Part shown: positions 1-9,615 of the stretch, piece by piece | Layout of the letters: every line of letters begins with the position of its first letter | Position numbering within the stretch: position 1 is the first letter of the stretch | From: Porphyridium purpureum | Taxonomy: Eukaryota | Direction of reading: 5' to 3' | NCBI GenBank assembly: GCA_008690995.1 | Contig: VRMN01000001.1 | Coordinates: 1,302,001 to 1,366,000 of the forward strand | Length of the DNA stretch: 64,000 nt | Notes under the pieces: generated by a model | What the model was told of the DNA's origin: nothing | What the model saw: only the letters and a program-made list of their open reading frames with translations | Database searches by the model: none | Translations under genes and position numbers: made by a program

Positions 1-414
1 AGAGAACACAGCCATCGGTATGCGAGCATGGCTCAGGCGCTCATCCATGTAACATGCGTGGCGGGACGTGCCACCAAGCCAGGAGTGAACTGTGCCGGAA
101 TGACGCCGGAAAGGGCAGAGATGAGCTGTGTCTGCTCAGCATTCATTCCGATTGAAGAGAGCGTCAACAGTACTTACAACGCTTGTGCTAGAAAATACTG
201 GTCTGTGTGGTCTTTAAACCTGCTCCACTTCTATCCAACCCGCTCCCTTCGTGTGCCTCGAAAAGACCCCTATCGGTCGGCGCGCGTTTCTACGGCGCAT
301 CGGTGCCCCCACGTGCGCATAACCACCAGGTGGTTTACCAGAACGGGTTCTGTCGAGCAGGGTCACGATTGCACTGGACGAATCATTAAAACATCACATG
401 TGAAGCAGGGTTGA
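1..414 (+). pseudogene. 3' end of a truncated/chimeric kinase N-terminal fragment (5' part lies outside the window)
   Basis: Identical to 4165-4578. Matches the kinase N-terminus up to ...SAFIP, then runs into unrelated sequence. Confidence 0.7.
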
Positions 415-1118
415 GGACCGCTTGGTCTTGGACAATCGATGGAGGAGCGAACAAAGAGGTGGTGGAGTCGCAGTTGACTCATGTCTCGACATTGGCGGAA
501 TAGCACGCCCTTGAGAGCTTGAGTACCGGGACTGTCCCACTCTGGCGGCCGCGCGAGCGAGCGAGTGCAATTCTGAGCGTTATTTTCTCTCATAGCCTGC
601 CATCGACACGCGACAAACACTGTAAGCGCGCGCTCGCCACTCAATTTTTCGCATTACTTTTGTCGACGTGGGTGCGTTGGCGCGTTCCACCGCCGCACGC
701 CACGCAACCGCAGAGCACGGACATAGCGTATGGTGTTCTCCGCGCCCGCTGGCTTTGTGCGCCGGAGCGTGCTAATAGCCTATAGCTTTATTCAATTTGC
801 TCTGGGCTCTCAACGAGAATCATGAGCGATCCTTGTTTCTGAGCAAATACCAGCTTAGGAAACGCGGTACTGCGAGGATTCCCGTGCTCCAGGCCTCAGA
901 ATTCTTCGTACTCAGACTGGCGCTGGCGCCCTATCGGCTTCCTCGCATATTCACAACAGCGAAACAACCAGAGCGCAACGACTGGCCCAGCGCCAGCTCT
1001 CGATCACAGGACAAGCTCCCGGCTGCATAAGAAGAACTGCTTTCTTCGGACTCGTTGCTTCGGAGAGACCGAGGCACTGGCGCAGTGGGAGGAGACAGGG
1101 CAAAGGAAGTCAGAGGAA

Positions 1119-1778
1119 ATGGAAGGAAGAAGCGATATGGATCACACGCTCGACGATTTGAACAAGCTTCGTACAGAGATCTGGGACGATCTCTTCGAGG
1201 TTACCAACGGCGTCGACATGAGCGAGGTCGAGGCCTTTTGGAAGACAGAGGTACAAGTCAACGCAGAGTTTGGTCGAGTCACACAGAAGGACGCGTCACT
1301 GCCGTCTAACCTCCTGCAGAAAGGTCTCTCGGAGATGAGCTCGTCACCCCCCGCGAGCCCGATGGTGCCGGCACCACCAATGCCAGCACCTCCTCACAAT
1401 ATATCGCAGGTGCTGCCCAAAGACGGACATCTTGACACTGTATCACTGACGCCCTCAATGGCAACACCTCTTCATGTAGCATCCCCGGGGCTGCAGAAGA
1501 AGTCAAAGGCTCGACGCAAGTCACCGGGCGCTCAAGCCTGCTCCAAAAAGGCCGACAAGCCACGGGACACGACAAACAGCTTTGTTCAACTGCGGCTGGC
1601 CCCTCGATCGGACCGGCAGCCAAACTATGCCGACCGTAACGTGTACAAGCCGCAACCTTTGCACGATGAAATTGATGAGCAAGAGAGCGCACAGTACAGC
1701 AAGCGCGTATTTGAGAACTGGAAGCAGCAGCTGCGCGACTTTGCCAAGATGAAGTACAATATCGATCTTCAGCTGTGA
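1119..1778 (+). CDS. Hypothetical protein, 219 aa, Pro-rich middle (copy 1)
   Basis: ATG-initiated ORF after a purine-rich leader, with protein-like helical N- and C-termini. No family recognised. Confidence 0.7.
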   Translation: MEGRSDMDHTLDDLNKLRTEIWDDLFEVTNGVDMSEVEAFWKTEVQVNAEFGRVTQKDASLPSNLLQKGLSEMSSSPPASPMVPAPPMPAPPHNISQVLPKDGHLDTVSLTPSMATPLHVASPGLQKKSKARRKSPGAQACSKKADKPRDTTNSFVQLRLAPRSDRQPNYADRNVYKPQPLHDEIDEQESAQYSKRVFENWKQQLRDFAKMKYNIDLQL

Positions 1779-2114
1779 CAGGCCATTTGTGTCAAAGCCG
1801 CAAAAGATCTCACGCTTTGCGATCGTCTGAATTCGGCTGCGCAATCACATCGGCCAGAAGCTCCTTCAGTCATTGCTTCCTAAGCAGAGCGCTCCAAAAC
1901 CGTGCTTCTTAGGGGGGAAAAAAGTAAATCCATTCTATTGCTTCGGACCTCGGCGCTCGTGAAAATATCTCAGTTCACCCCGTTTCGCTCAATCGTGCGT
2001 TTGGCGTGCTTGCCTCCTTCGAGCCCTCTTCCCACCAACAGTATCCTGGACGTTGCAACGACTCGATTCGGATGACTCGAGCTGTGTAAATAGCTACCGC
2101 GTGCCAGCTTCACG

Positions 2115-3503
2115 TCAAAGCGATGTCGGGACATACTCCACTTTGCCCGGTCGAGCTCCGCGCACCCAACAGAGGACACCGCTGATCGGAAAGTGATCCG
2201 ACGGATGCCACTCATTTGGCACAAACTCGCCGCGCTCGAAAATCGCCGCGCGTTCCGTCTGTGACAGTGTGTCCGAGCACGAAATGGGCTGCAGGTGCGA
2301 GCTCACAAAAATATGGTCCAGGTTCTCTGCAAAAACGTCGGGTCTTACAATGTCTGGGGCACCGCACATTTCAAAGTCGTATCGCAAAGACCACAGCATG
2401 CCCGCCACCACCTCAGAGAAACAAAGCTCAATCAAGTCATCGGCAGAAATCGTAGTATCGATGAATTTGTCGGACTCGCGCCCGGGACGAGTCGCTACAA
2501 GAGCATTGTAGGCACGCAGTATACCACCGCGCATATTGCCGTCGTTTACAAAGCGCACAAACGCCAGCAGCTGGTCGCTGGTCATGCGATCCCCGCCCCC
2601 CGTGTACTTCTCAAAAATGTGTCGCACGCACCGGCCAAACAGCGCCGACGGACCTTGGGTCTCTGCATCAATATAGACAGATTTCAAGTCGGGAGCTACG
2701 TACGTGGGCTGCACGCCAAACCAGTCCTCATAAATATCTGTCAGAGGTCCAAACGCGTGGTGCTTCTCCTTGGATGTGAGAGAGCCTTCCTGAAAGGGCT
2801 CTTGAAACTCGGGCGTGACGCAAGCTTCGCGTAAGAAGTGGCGCACTGCAGTATTTCCCGACGCGTTAAAGTCGCCCATGCAGCACAGCGCGAATTCTTC
2901 AAGCGCCAGCTCGTACTGGGTCATGTCCAGCTGGCTGCGCTCGTGCTTCTTCAGCGTCTGGGGAACTTTATGCAGTTGTGCGATCATCTTCCTGGCCTCC
3001 TTCTCCGCCTGGCCAACCACGTCGGCGATCTGACGCAGTCTGGTCTGCGCATTCTCAACGCCGCTTCCGCCGGTCAAGTGGCAATTAGCCACGAACAAGT
3101 ATGCGTTGGAGATGCGGTGCCTCAGTAACACCAAAAGCGTGCGGTCCTTGCACCGGGCCCCACAAAGTTCAAATTGATCCCTGCGCCAGAACGTGGCCGG
3201 CCGGAAGCGATGCTTGTTGTGCAGCACATGCTCGTACCCCGCGCTCGCCAAGAACGCAAAGTCGGCCTCGAATGTGGCGGCCGCCACTTCTTGCAGCGCG
3301 TAGATATCCGCGTCCAGCTCATGGATGCGCTTGCGTATCAGCTCATGCCGATGCTCCCACGTGCGAATCTCGCGCGGCGTCCTGGAGCCGTAGTACTTAT
3401 TCACGAACCATGCCGGATTGTCCGTGGCCCCCGCCTGTCCGTTTGGCAACAGGACGTTCCAACTGCATACTTTCAGCGTCACGTCCTGCTTACCGGCTGC
3501 CAT
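2115..3503 (-). CDS. Endonuclease/exonuclease/phosphatase (CCR4/nocturnin/Angel-like) with EF-hand-like insertion (copy 1)
   Basis: Motifs CSWNVL, DIYALQEV, NCHL, MGDFNA, LDHIF, PSDHFP. Start placed at ATG 3503 (MAAGKQDV) because the upstream extension overlaps the kinase antisense. Confidence 0.85.
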   Translation of the reverse strand: MAAGKQDVTLKVCSWNVLLPNGQAGATDNPAWFVNKYYGSRTPREIRTWEHRHELIRKRIHELDADIYALQEVAAATFEADFAFLASAGYEHVLHNKHRFRPATFWRRDQFELCGARCKDRTLLVLLRHRISNAYLFVANCHLTGGSGVENAQTRLRQIADVVGQAEKEARKMIAQLHKVPQTLKKHERSQLDMTQYELALEEFALCCMGDFNASGNTAVRHFLREACVTPEFQEPFQEGSLTSKEKHHAFGPLTDIYEDWFGVQPTYVAPDLKSVYIDAETQGPSALFGRCVRHIFEKYTGGGDRMTSDQLLAFVRFVNDGNMRGGILRAYNALVATRPGRESDKFIDTTISADDLIELCFSEVVAGMLWSLRYDFEMCGAPDIVRPDVFAENLDHIFVSSHLQPISCSDTLSQTERAAIFERGEFVPNEWHPSDHFPISGVLCWVRGARPGKVEYVPTSL

Positions 3504-3666
3504 CGCCTGCGTTTCTGCACTGGCGCCAATCCGACTCGTCTTGTTCCGGCAGATCCTACTCCAGGGAAGTGGAGCAGAGCGACTTGTGCCCGCGCGGATT
3601 TTCCTTCTCCCTGCCGTCGCCGCTATCGCCGCCCCGGCCCGCCCGGCCGGAGCAACCGCACGTCTG

Positions 3667-4578
3667 ATGAACGCGCCGGGGCCCAAGGGAGCAAACAAAG
3701 GATGGAAAGCCCGCGCACGTGCTGCGGTCACCGCAACCGAAGACATGGAAATGCCCGAAGTCGTGCTTGTCGGCATCCGCGTCGACGAGCCGCGCGAAGA
3801 GTTTGCTCGAGTGGAGCTTCGACGCGCGCTGCTGCATGGATACAGCGCAAGCGACCTGAACGCCGCGGTTGCGTGGTTTGAGCCCGAGTCGCGTCGCGGC
3901 CAATTGATTCGAGGCACGAGCGATGCGTGGCACCGGCTGCTAGCGTTGGCAGGCAAGCAAGGGGGTGTGGTTGTGACGGCGCGTCTTGCGGCGGCATCGA
4001 TAGAAGCGAAGAACGTGCCCGTCGCAGCCTCATTTGGGCCACGCGGCGAGAGCACGGACGTTGCACAAATACTGAAGGAGGCTGCAAGACTAAGAGGCGC
4101 CCTCGAGTATGAGCGCAATGCTTGTGTACAGTCGCGTCTGTGCACGTGCCGCGTGCTACTGAGCAGAGAACACAGCCATCGGTATGCGAGCATGGCTCAG
4201 GCGCTCATCCATGTAACATGCGTGGCGGGACGTGCCACCAAGCCAGGAGTGAACTGTGCCGGAATGACGCCGGAAAGGGCAGAGATGAGCTGTGTCTGCT
4301 CAGCATTCATTCCGATTGAAGAGAGCGTCAACAGTACTTACAACGCTTGTGCTAGAAAATACTGGTCTGTGTGGTCTTTAAACCTGCTCCACTTCTATCC
4401 AACCCGCTCCCTTCGTGTGCCTCGAAAAGACCCCTATCGGTCGGCGCGCGTTTCTACGGCGCATCGGTGCCCCCACGTGCGCATAACCACCAGGTGGTTT
4501 ACCAGAACGGGTTCTGTCGAGCAGGGTCACGATTGCACTGGACGAATCATTAAAACATCACATGTGAAGCAGGGTTGA
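3667..4578 (+). pseudogene. Truncated kinase copy: N-terminal region fused at the array junction to unrelated sequence; no catalytic domain
   Basis: Near-identical to 7831-8485, then diverges at ~4322, just before kinase subdomain I. Confidence 0.75.
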
Positions 4579-5282
4579 GGACCGCTTGGTCTTGGACAAT
4601 CGATGGAGGAGCGAACAAAGAGGTGGTGGAGTCGCAGTTGACTCATGTCTCGACATTGGCGGAATAGCACGCCCTTGAGAGCTTGAGTACCGGGACTGTC
4701 CCACTCTGGCGGCCGCGCGAGCGAGCGAGTGCAATTCTGAGCGTTATTTTCTCTCATAGCCTGCCATCGACACGCGACAAACACTGTAAGCGCGCGCTCG
4801 CCACTCAATTTTTCGCATTACTTTTGTCGACGTGGGTGCGTTGGCGCGTTCCACCGCCGCACGCCACGCAACCGCAGAGCACGGACATAGCGTATGGTGT
4901 TCTCCGCGCCCGCTGGCTTTGTGCGCCGGAGCGTGCTAATAGCCTATAGCTTTATTCAATTTGCTCTGGGCTCTCAACGAGAATCATGAGCGATCCTTGT
5001 TTCTGAGCAAATACCAGCTTAGGAAACGCGGTACTGCGAGGATTCCCGTGCTCCAGGCCTCAGAATTCTTCGTACTCAGACTGGCGCTGGCGCCCTATCG
5101 GCTTCCTCGCATATTCACAACAGCGAAACAACCAGAGCGCAACGACTGGCCCAGCGCCAGCTCTCGATCACAGGACAAGCTCCCGGCTGCATAAGAAGAA
5201 CTGCTTTCTTCGGACTCGTTGCTTCGGAGAGACCGAGGCACTGGCGCAGTGGGAGGAGACAGGGCAAAGGAAGTCAGAGGAA

Positions 5283-5942
5283 ATGGAAGGAAGAAGCGAT
5301 ATGGATCACACGCTCGACGATTTGAACAAGCTTCGTACAGAGATCTGGGACGATCTCTTCGAGGTTACCAACGGCGTCGACATGAGCGAGGTCGAGGCCT
5401 TTTGGAAGACAGAGGTACAAGTCAACGCAGAGTTTGGTCGAGTCACACAGAAGGACGCGTCACTGCCGTCTAACCTCCTGCAGAAAGGTCTCTCGGAGAT
5501 GAGCTCGTCACCCCCCGCGAGCCCGATGGTGCCGGCACCACCAATGCCAGCACCTCCTCACAATATATCGCAGGTGCTGCCCAAAGACGGACATCTTGAC
5601 ACTGTATCACTGACGCCCTCAATGGCAACACCTCTTCATGTAGCATCCCCGGGGCTGCAGAAGAAGTCAAAGGCTCGACGCAAGTCACCGGGCGCTCAAG
5701 CCTGCTCCAAAAAGGCCGACAAGCCACGGGACACGACAAACAGCTTTGTTCAACTGCGGCTGGCCCCTCGATCGGACCGGCAGCCAAACTATGCCGACCG
5801 TAACGTGTACAAGCCGCAACCTTTGCACGATGAAATTGATGAGCAAGAGAGCGCACAGTACAGCAAGCGCGTATTTGAGAACTGGAAGCAGCAGCTGCGC
5901 GACTTTGCCAAGATGAAGTACAATATCGATCTTCAGCTGTGA
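5283..5942 (+). CDS. Hypothetical protein, 219 aa (copy 2)
   Basis: Same translation as 1119-1778. Confidence 0.7.
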   Translation: MEGRSDMDHTLDDLNKLRTEIWDDLFEVTNGVDMSEVEAFWKTEVQVNAEFGRVTQKDASLPSNLLQKGLSEMSSSPPASPMVPAPPMPAPPHNISQVLPKDGHLDTVSLTPSMATPLHVASPGLQKKSKARRKSPGAQACSKKADKPRDTTNSFVQLRLAPRSDRQPNYADRNVYKPQPLHDEIDEQESAQYSKRVFENWKQQLRDFAKMKYNIDLQL

Positions 5943-6278
5943 CAGGCCATTTGTGTCAAAGCCGCAAAAGATCTCACGCTTTGCGATCGTCTGAATTCGG
6001 CTGCGCAATCACATCGGCCAGAAGCTCCTTCAGTCATTGCTTCCTAAGCAGAGCGCTCCAAAACCGTGCTTCTTAGGGGGGAAAAAAGTAAATCCATTCT
6101 ATTGCTTCGGACCTCGGCGCTCGTGAAAATATCTCAGTTCACCCCGTTTCGCTCAATCGTGCGTTTGGCGTGCTTGCCTCCTTCGAGCCCTCTTCCCACC
6201 AACAGTATCCTGGACGTTGCAACGACTCGATTCGGATGACTCGAGCTGTGTAAATAGCTACCGCGTGCCAGCTTCACG

Positions 6279-7667
6279 TCAAAGCGATGTCGGGACATAC
6301 TCCACTTTGCCCGGTCGAGCTCCGCGCACCCAACAGAGGACACCGCTGATCGGAAAGTGATCCGACGGATGCCACTCATTTGGCACAAACTCGCCGCGCT
6401 CGAAAATCGCCGCGCGTTCCGTCTGTGACAGTGTGTCCGAGCACGAAATGGGCTGCAGGTGCGAGCTCACAAAAATATGGTCCAGGTTCTCTGCAAAAAC
6501 GTCGGGTCTTACAATGTCTGGGGCACCGCACATTTCAAAGTCGTATCGCAAAGACCACAGCATGCCCGCCACCACCTCAGAGAAACAAAGCTCAATCAAG
6601 TCATCGGCAGAAATCGTAGTATCGATGAATTTGTCGGACTCGCGCCCGGGACGAGTCGCTACAAGAGCATTGTAGGCACGCAGTATACCACCGCGCATAT
6701 TGCCGTCGTTTACAAAGCGCACAAACGCCAGCAGCTGGTCGCTGGTCATGCGATCCCCGCCCCCCGTGTACTTCTCAAAAATGTGTCGCACGCACCGGCC
6801 AAACAGCGCCGACGGACCTTGGGTCTCTGCATCAATATAGACAGATTTCAAGTCGGGAGCTACGTACGTGGGCTGCACGCCAAACCAGTCCTCATAAATA
6901 TCTGTCAGAGGTCCAAACGCGTGGTGCTTCTCCTTGGATGTGAGAGAGCCTTCCTGAAAGGGCTCTTGAAACTCGGGCGTGACGCAAGCTTCGCGTAAGA
7001 AGTGGCGCACTGCAGTATTTCCCGACGCGTTAAAGTCGCCCATGCAGCACAGCGCGAATTCTTCAAGCGCCAGCTCGTACTGGGTCATGTCCAGCTGGCT
7101 GCGCTCGTGCTTCTTCAGCGTCTGGGGAACTTTATGCAGTTGTGCGATCATCTTCCTGGCCTCCTTCTCCGCCTGGCCAACCACGTCGGCGATCTGACGC
7201 AGTCTGGTCTGCGCATTCTCAACGCCGCTTCCGCCGGTCAAGTGGCAATTAGCCACGAACAAGTATGCGTTGGAGATGCGGTGCCTCAGTAACACCAAAA
7301 GCGTGCGGTCCTTGCACCGGGCCCCACAAAGTTCAAATTGATCCCTGCGCCAGAACGTGGCCGGCCGGAAGCGATGCTTGTTGTGCAGCACATGCTCGTA
7401 CCCCGCGCTCGCCAAGAACGCAAAGTCGGCCTCGAATGTGGCGGCCGCCACTTCTTGCAGCGCGTAGATATCCGCGTCCAGCTCATGGATGCGCTTGCGT
7501 ATCAGCTCATGCCGATGCTCCCACGTGCGAATCTCGCGCGGCGTCCTGGAGCCGTAGTACTTATTCACGAACCATGCCGGATTGTCCGTGGCCCCCGCCT
7601 GTCCGTTTGGCAACAGGACGTTCCAACTGCATACTTTCAGCGTCACGTCCTGCTTACCGGCTGCCAT
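6279..7667 (-). CDS. EEP-family (CCR4/nocturnin-like) protein (copy 2)
   Basis: Same translation as 2115-3503. Confidence 0.85.
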   Translation of the reverse strand: MAAGKQDVTLKVCSWNVLLPNGQAGATDNPAWFVNKYYGSRTPREIRTWEHRHELIRKRIHELDADIYALQEVAAATFEADFAFLASAGYEHVLHNKHRFRPATFWRRDQFELCGARCKDRTLLVLLRHRISNAYLFVANCHLTGGSGVENAQTRLRQIADVVGQAEKEARKMIAQLHKVPQTLKKHERSQLDMTQYELALEEFALCCMGDFNASGNTAVRHFLREACVTPEFQEPFQEGSLTSKEKHHAFGPLTDIYEDWFGVQPTYVAPDLKSVYIDAETQGPSALFGRCVRHIFEKYTGGGDRMTSDQLLAFVRFVNDGNMRGGILRAYNALVATRPGRESDKFIDTTISADDLIELCFSEVVAGMLWSLRYDFEMCGAPDIVRPDVFAENLDHIFVSSHLQPISCSDTLSQTERAAIFERGEFVPNEWHPSDHFPISGVLCWVRGARPGKVEYVPTSL

Positions 7668-7830
7668 CGCCTGCGTTTCTGCACTGGCGCCAATCCGACT
7701 CGTCTTGTTCCGGCAGATCCTACTCCAGGGAAGTGGAGCAGAGCGACTTGTGCCCGCGCGGATTTTCCTTCTCCCTGCCGTCGCCGCTATCGCCGCCCCG
7801 GCCCGCCCGGCCGGAGCAACCGCACGTCTG

Positions 7831-9543
7831 ATGAACGCGCCGGGGCCCAAGGGAGCAAACAAAGGATGGAAAGCCCGCGCACGTGCTGCGGTCACCGCAA
7901 CCGAAGACATGGAAATGCCCGAAGTCGTGCTTGTCGGCATCCGCGTCGACGAGCCGCGCGAAGAGTTTGCTCGAGTGGAGCTTCGACGCGCGCTGCTGCA
8001 TGGATACAGCGCAAGCGACCTGAACGCCGCGGTTGCGTGGTTTGAGCCCGAGTCGCGTCGCGGCCAATTGATTCGAGGCACGAGCGATGCGTGGCACCGG
8101 CTGCTAGCGTTGGCAGGCAAGCAAGGGGGTGTGGTTGTGACGGCGCGTCTTGCGGCGGCATCGATAGAAGCGAAGAACGTGCCCGTGGCAGCCTCATTTG
8201 GGCCACGCGGCGAGAGCACGGACGTTGCACAAATACTGAAGGAGGCTGCAAGACTAAGAGGCGCCCTTGAGTATGAGCGCAATGCTTGTGTGCAGTCGCG
8301 TCTGTGCACGTGCCGCGTGCTACTGAGCAGAGAACACAGCCATCGGTATGCGAGCATGGCTCAGGCGCTCATCCATGTAACATGCGTGGGGGGACGTGCC
8401 ACCAAGCCAGGCGTGAACTGTGCCGGAATGACGGCGGAAAGGGCAGGGATGGGCTGTGTGTGCTCAGCATTCATTCCACTTGAAGGGAGGATGTACGCGC
8501 TTGGGGAGCGCATCGCCAGCAGACGAAATTCGCAAGTCTGGAGTTGCAGCTCAGTTTGTGACGGCCGGCGTGACTTTTCAGCCCTTGCGTGCAAACTTGT
8601 TGCGTGTCGGGAAGATCAGGTAATGAACCTCATCTCCGAGGTGCGTGTCCACGCGCAAATGCGCCACCCTCGCGTGGTAACGTTACTGGACGCCATCCCG
8701 TTTTCGCTGCATGGATCTGGCCGCAACCGCCTGCCATTTCTTGGTGAGCCAGAGCCCCGACATCAAGGTCCGCACACGCAGCACAGTCCGAATGAGTCTG
8801 GATTCCTGGGCCGAGATCATGTGTGGTGTGTAGCGCTTGTTATGGAGAAGGCCAACGGTGGCGATCTGTGGAGCGTATTAGAGCACCGGTGCGCAGGGCC
8901 GCGTGCTGTGCCCTTTCGAGAGTCGGATGCTCGAAAAATTCTTCGGCACTGCCTGGAAGGGCTAGAGTATTTACACGCCCTAGGCATAGTACATTGCGAC
9001 GTGAAGCCTAGCAATATTCTTTGTTCAGCGGTTGAGCCGAGCTCACACCAATTTATGTGCAAACTGGTCGATTTTGGACTTTCCATGTCAACGCCCGAAA
9101 TGAAGGTGCCTTTGCCGACGGAGCACAGTGCCTCGTGCGCAGAACCAAACATTTCTCATTTCAGAGGGACACCGCGGTATGCCGCGCCAGAGATCATCCG
9201 TGACGGAGGTCACCCGACTGGTAAAGTTGATATCTGGTCCTGCGGCGTGGTCCTTTTTTTGCTGCTAAGGGGCACATTTCCGTTTCATGGATCAAACCGC
9301 GCAGAAATATTCCACGATATTCTGCACCACGTGCCTGAGCGCCTTGACACTCCGGATGCATCTCACAAGACGTTTTCGCCAGAGGCTGGTGCGCTGCTTG
9401 CGAGGCTACTGCTGAAGAGCGCTGAGTACAGACTTTCGGCGACTCAGGCTCTCCGCCATACATGGTTTTCAGTGGACGAGGCGATCCTGTCTGAAAATAT
9501 TCTTGAGTTTGACTGGAAAAGCGCGCGCAGGAGCCGTGCTTAA
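7831..9543 (+). CDS. Ser/Thr protein kinase (CAMK-like) with an unrecognised N-terminal domain
   Basis: ALACK, HPRVV, VMEKANGGDL, VHCDVKPSNIL, DFG, GTPRYAAPE, DIWSCGV, R-LSA-QAL-H-WF. Start at ATG 7831 or 7909. Confidence 0.9.
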   Translation: MNAPGPKGANKGWKARARAAVTATEDMEMPEVVLVGIRVDEPREEFARVELRRALLHGYSASDLNAAVAWFEPESRRGQLIRGTSDAWHRLLALAGKQGGVVVTARLAAASIEAKNVPVAASFGPRGESTDVAQILKEAARLRGALEYERNACVQSRLCTCRVLLSREHSHRYASMAQALIHVTCVGGRATKPGVNCAGMTAERAGMGCVCSAFIPLEGRMYALGERIASRRNSQVWSCSSVCDGRRDFSALACKLVACREDQVMNLISEVRVHAQMRHPRVVTLLDAIPFSLHGSGRNRLPFLGEPEPRHQGPHTQHSPNESGFLGRDHVWCVALVMEKANGGDLWSVLEHRCAGPRAVPFRESDARKILRHCLEGLEYLHALGIVHCDVKPSNILCSAVEPSSHQFMCKLVDFGLSMSTPEMKVPLPTEHSASCAEPNISHFRGTPRYAAPEIIRDGGHPTGKVDIWSCGVVLFLLLRGTFPFHGSNRAEIFHDILHHVPERLDTPDASHKTFSPEAGALLARLLLKSAEYRLSATQALRHTWFSVDEAILSENILEFDWKSARRSRA

Positions 9544-9615
9544 CCGAATCAGTCAGTGATTAATTTATCCTGAAGAACCAGATTCTAACATTTGTGGTCG
9601 GTGCCTTTTCTTTGG

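Larger units (their letters stand above)
1..8485. repeat. Tandem segmental array, period 4164 bp (units ~158-4321 and ~4322-8485, plus the tail of a further unit at 1-157)
   Basis: Position 1 sequence recurs at 4165 and 8329. The ORF track repeats with a 4164 offset (1119/5283, 2115/6279). Homology ends at ~4321/8485. Confidence 0.95.

Noticed and set aside
3504..4193. 230-aa N-terminal extension of the EEP ORF and long antisense overlap with the kinase (also 7668-8357)
   Set aside because: Non-ATG start and antisense-shadow composition; the EEP domain begins right after ATG 3503.
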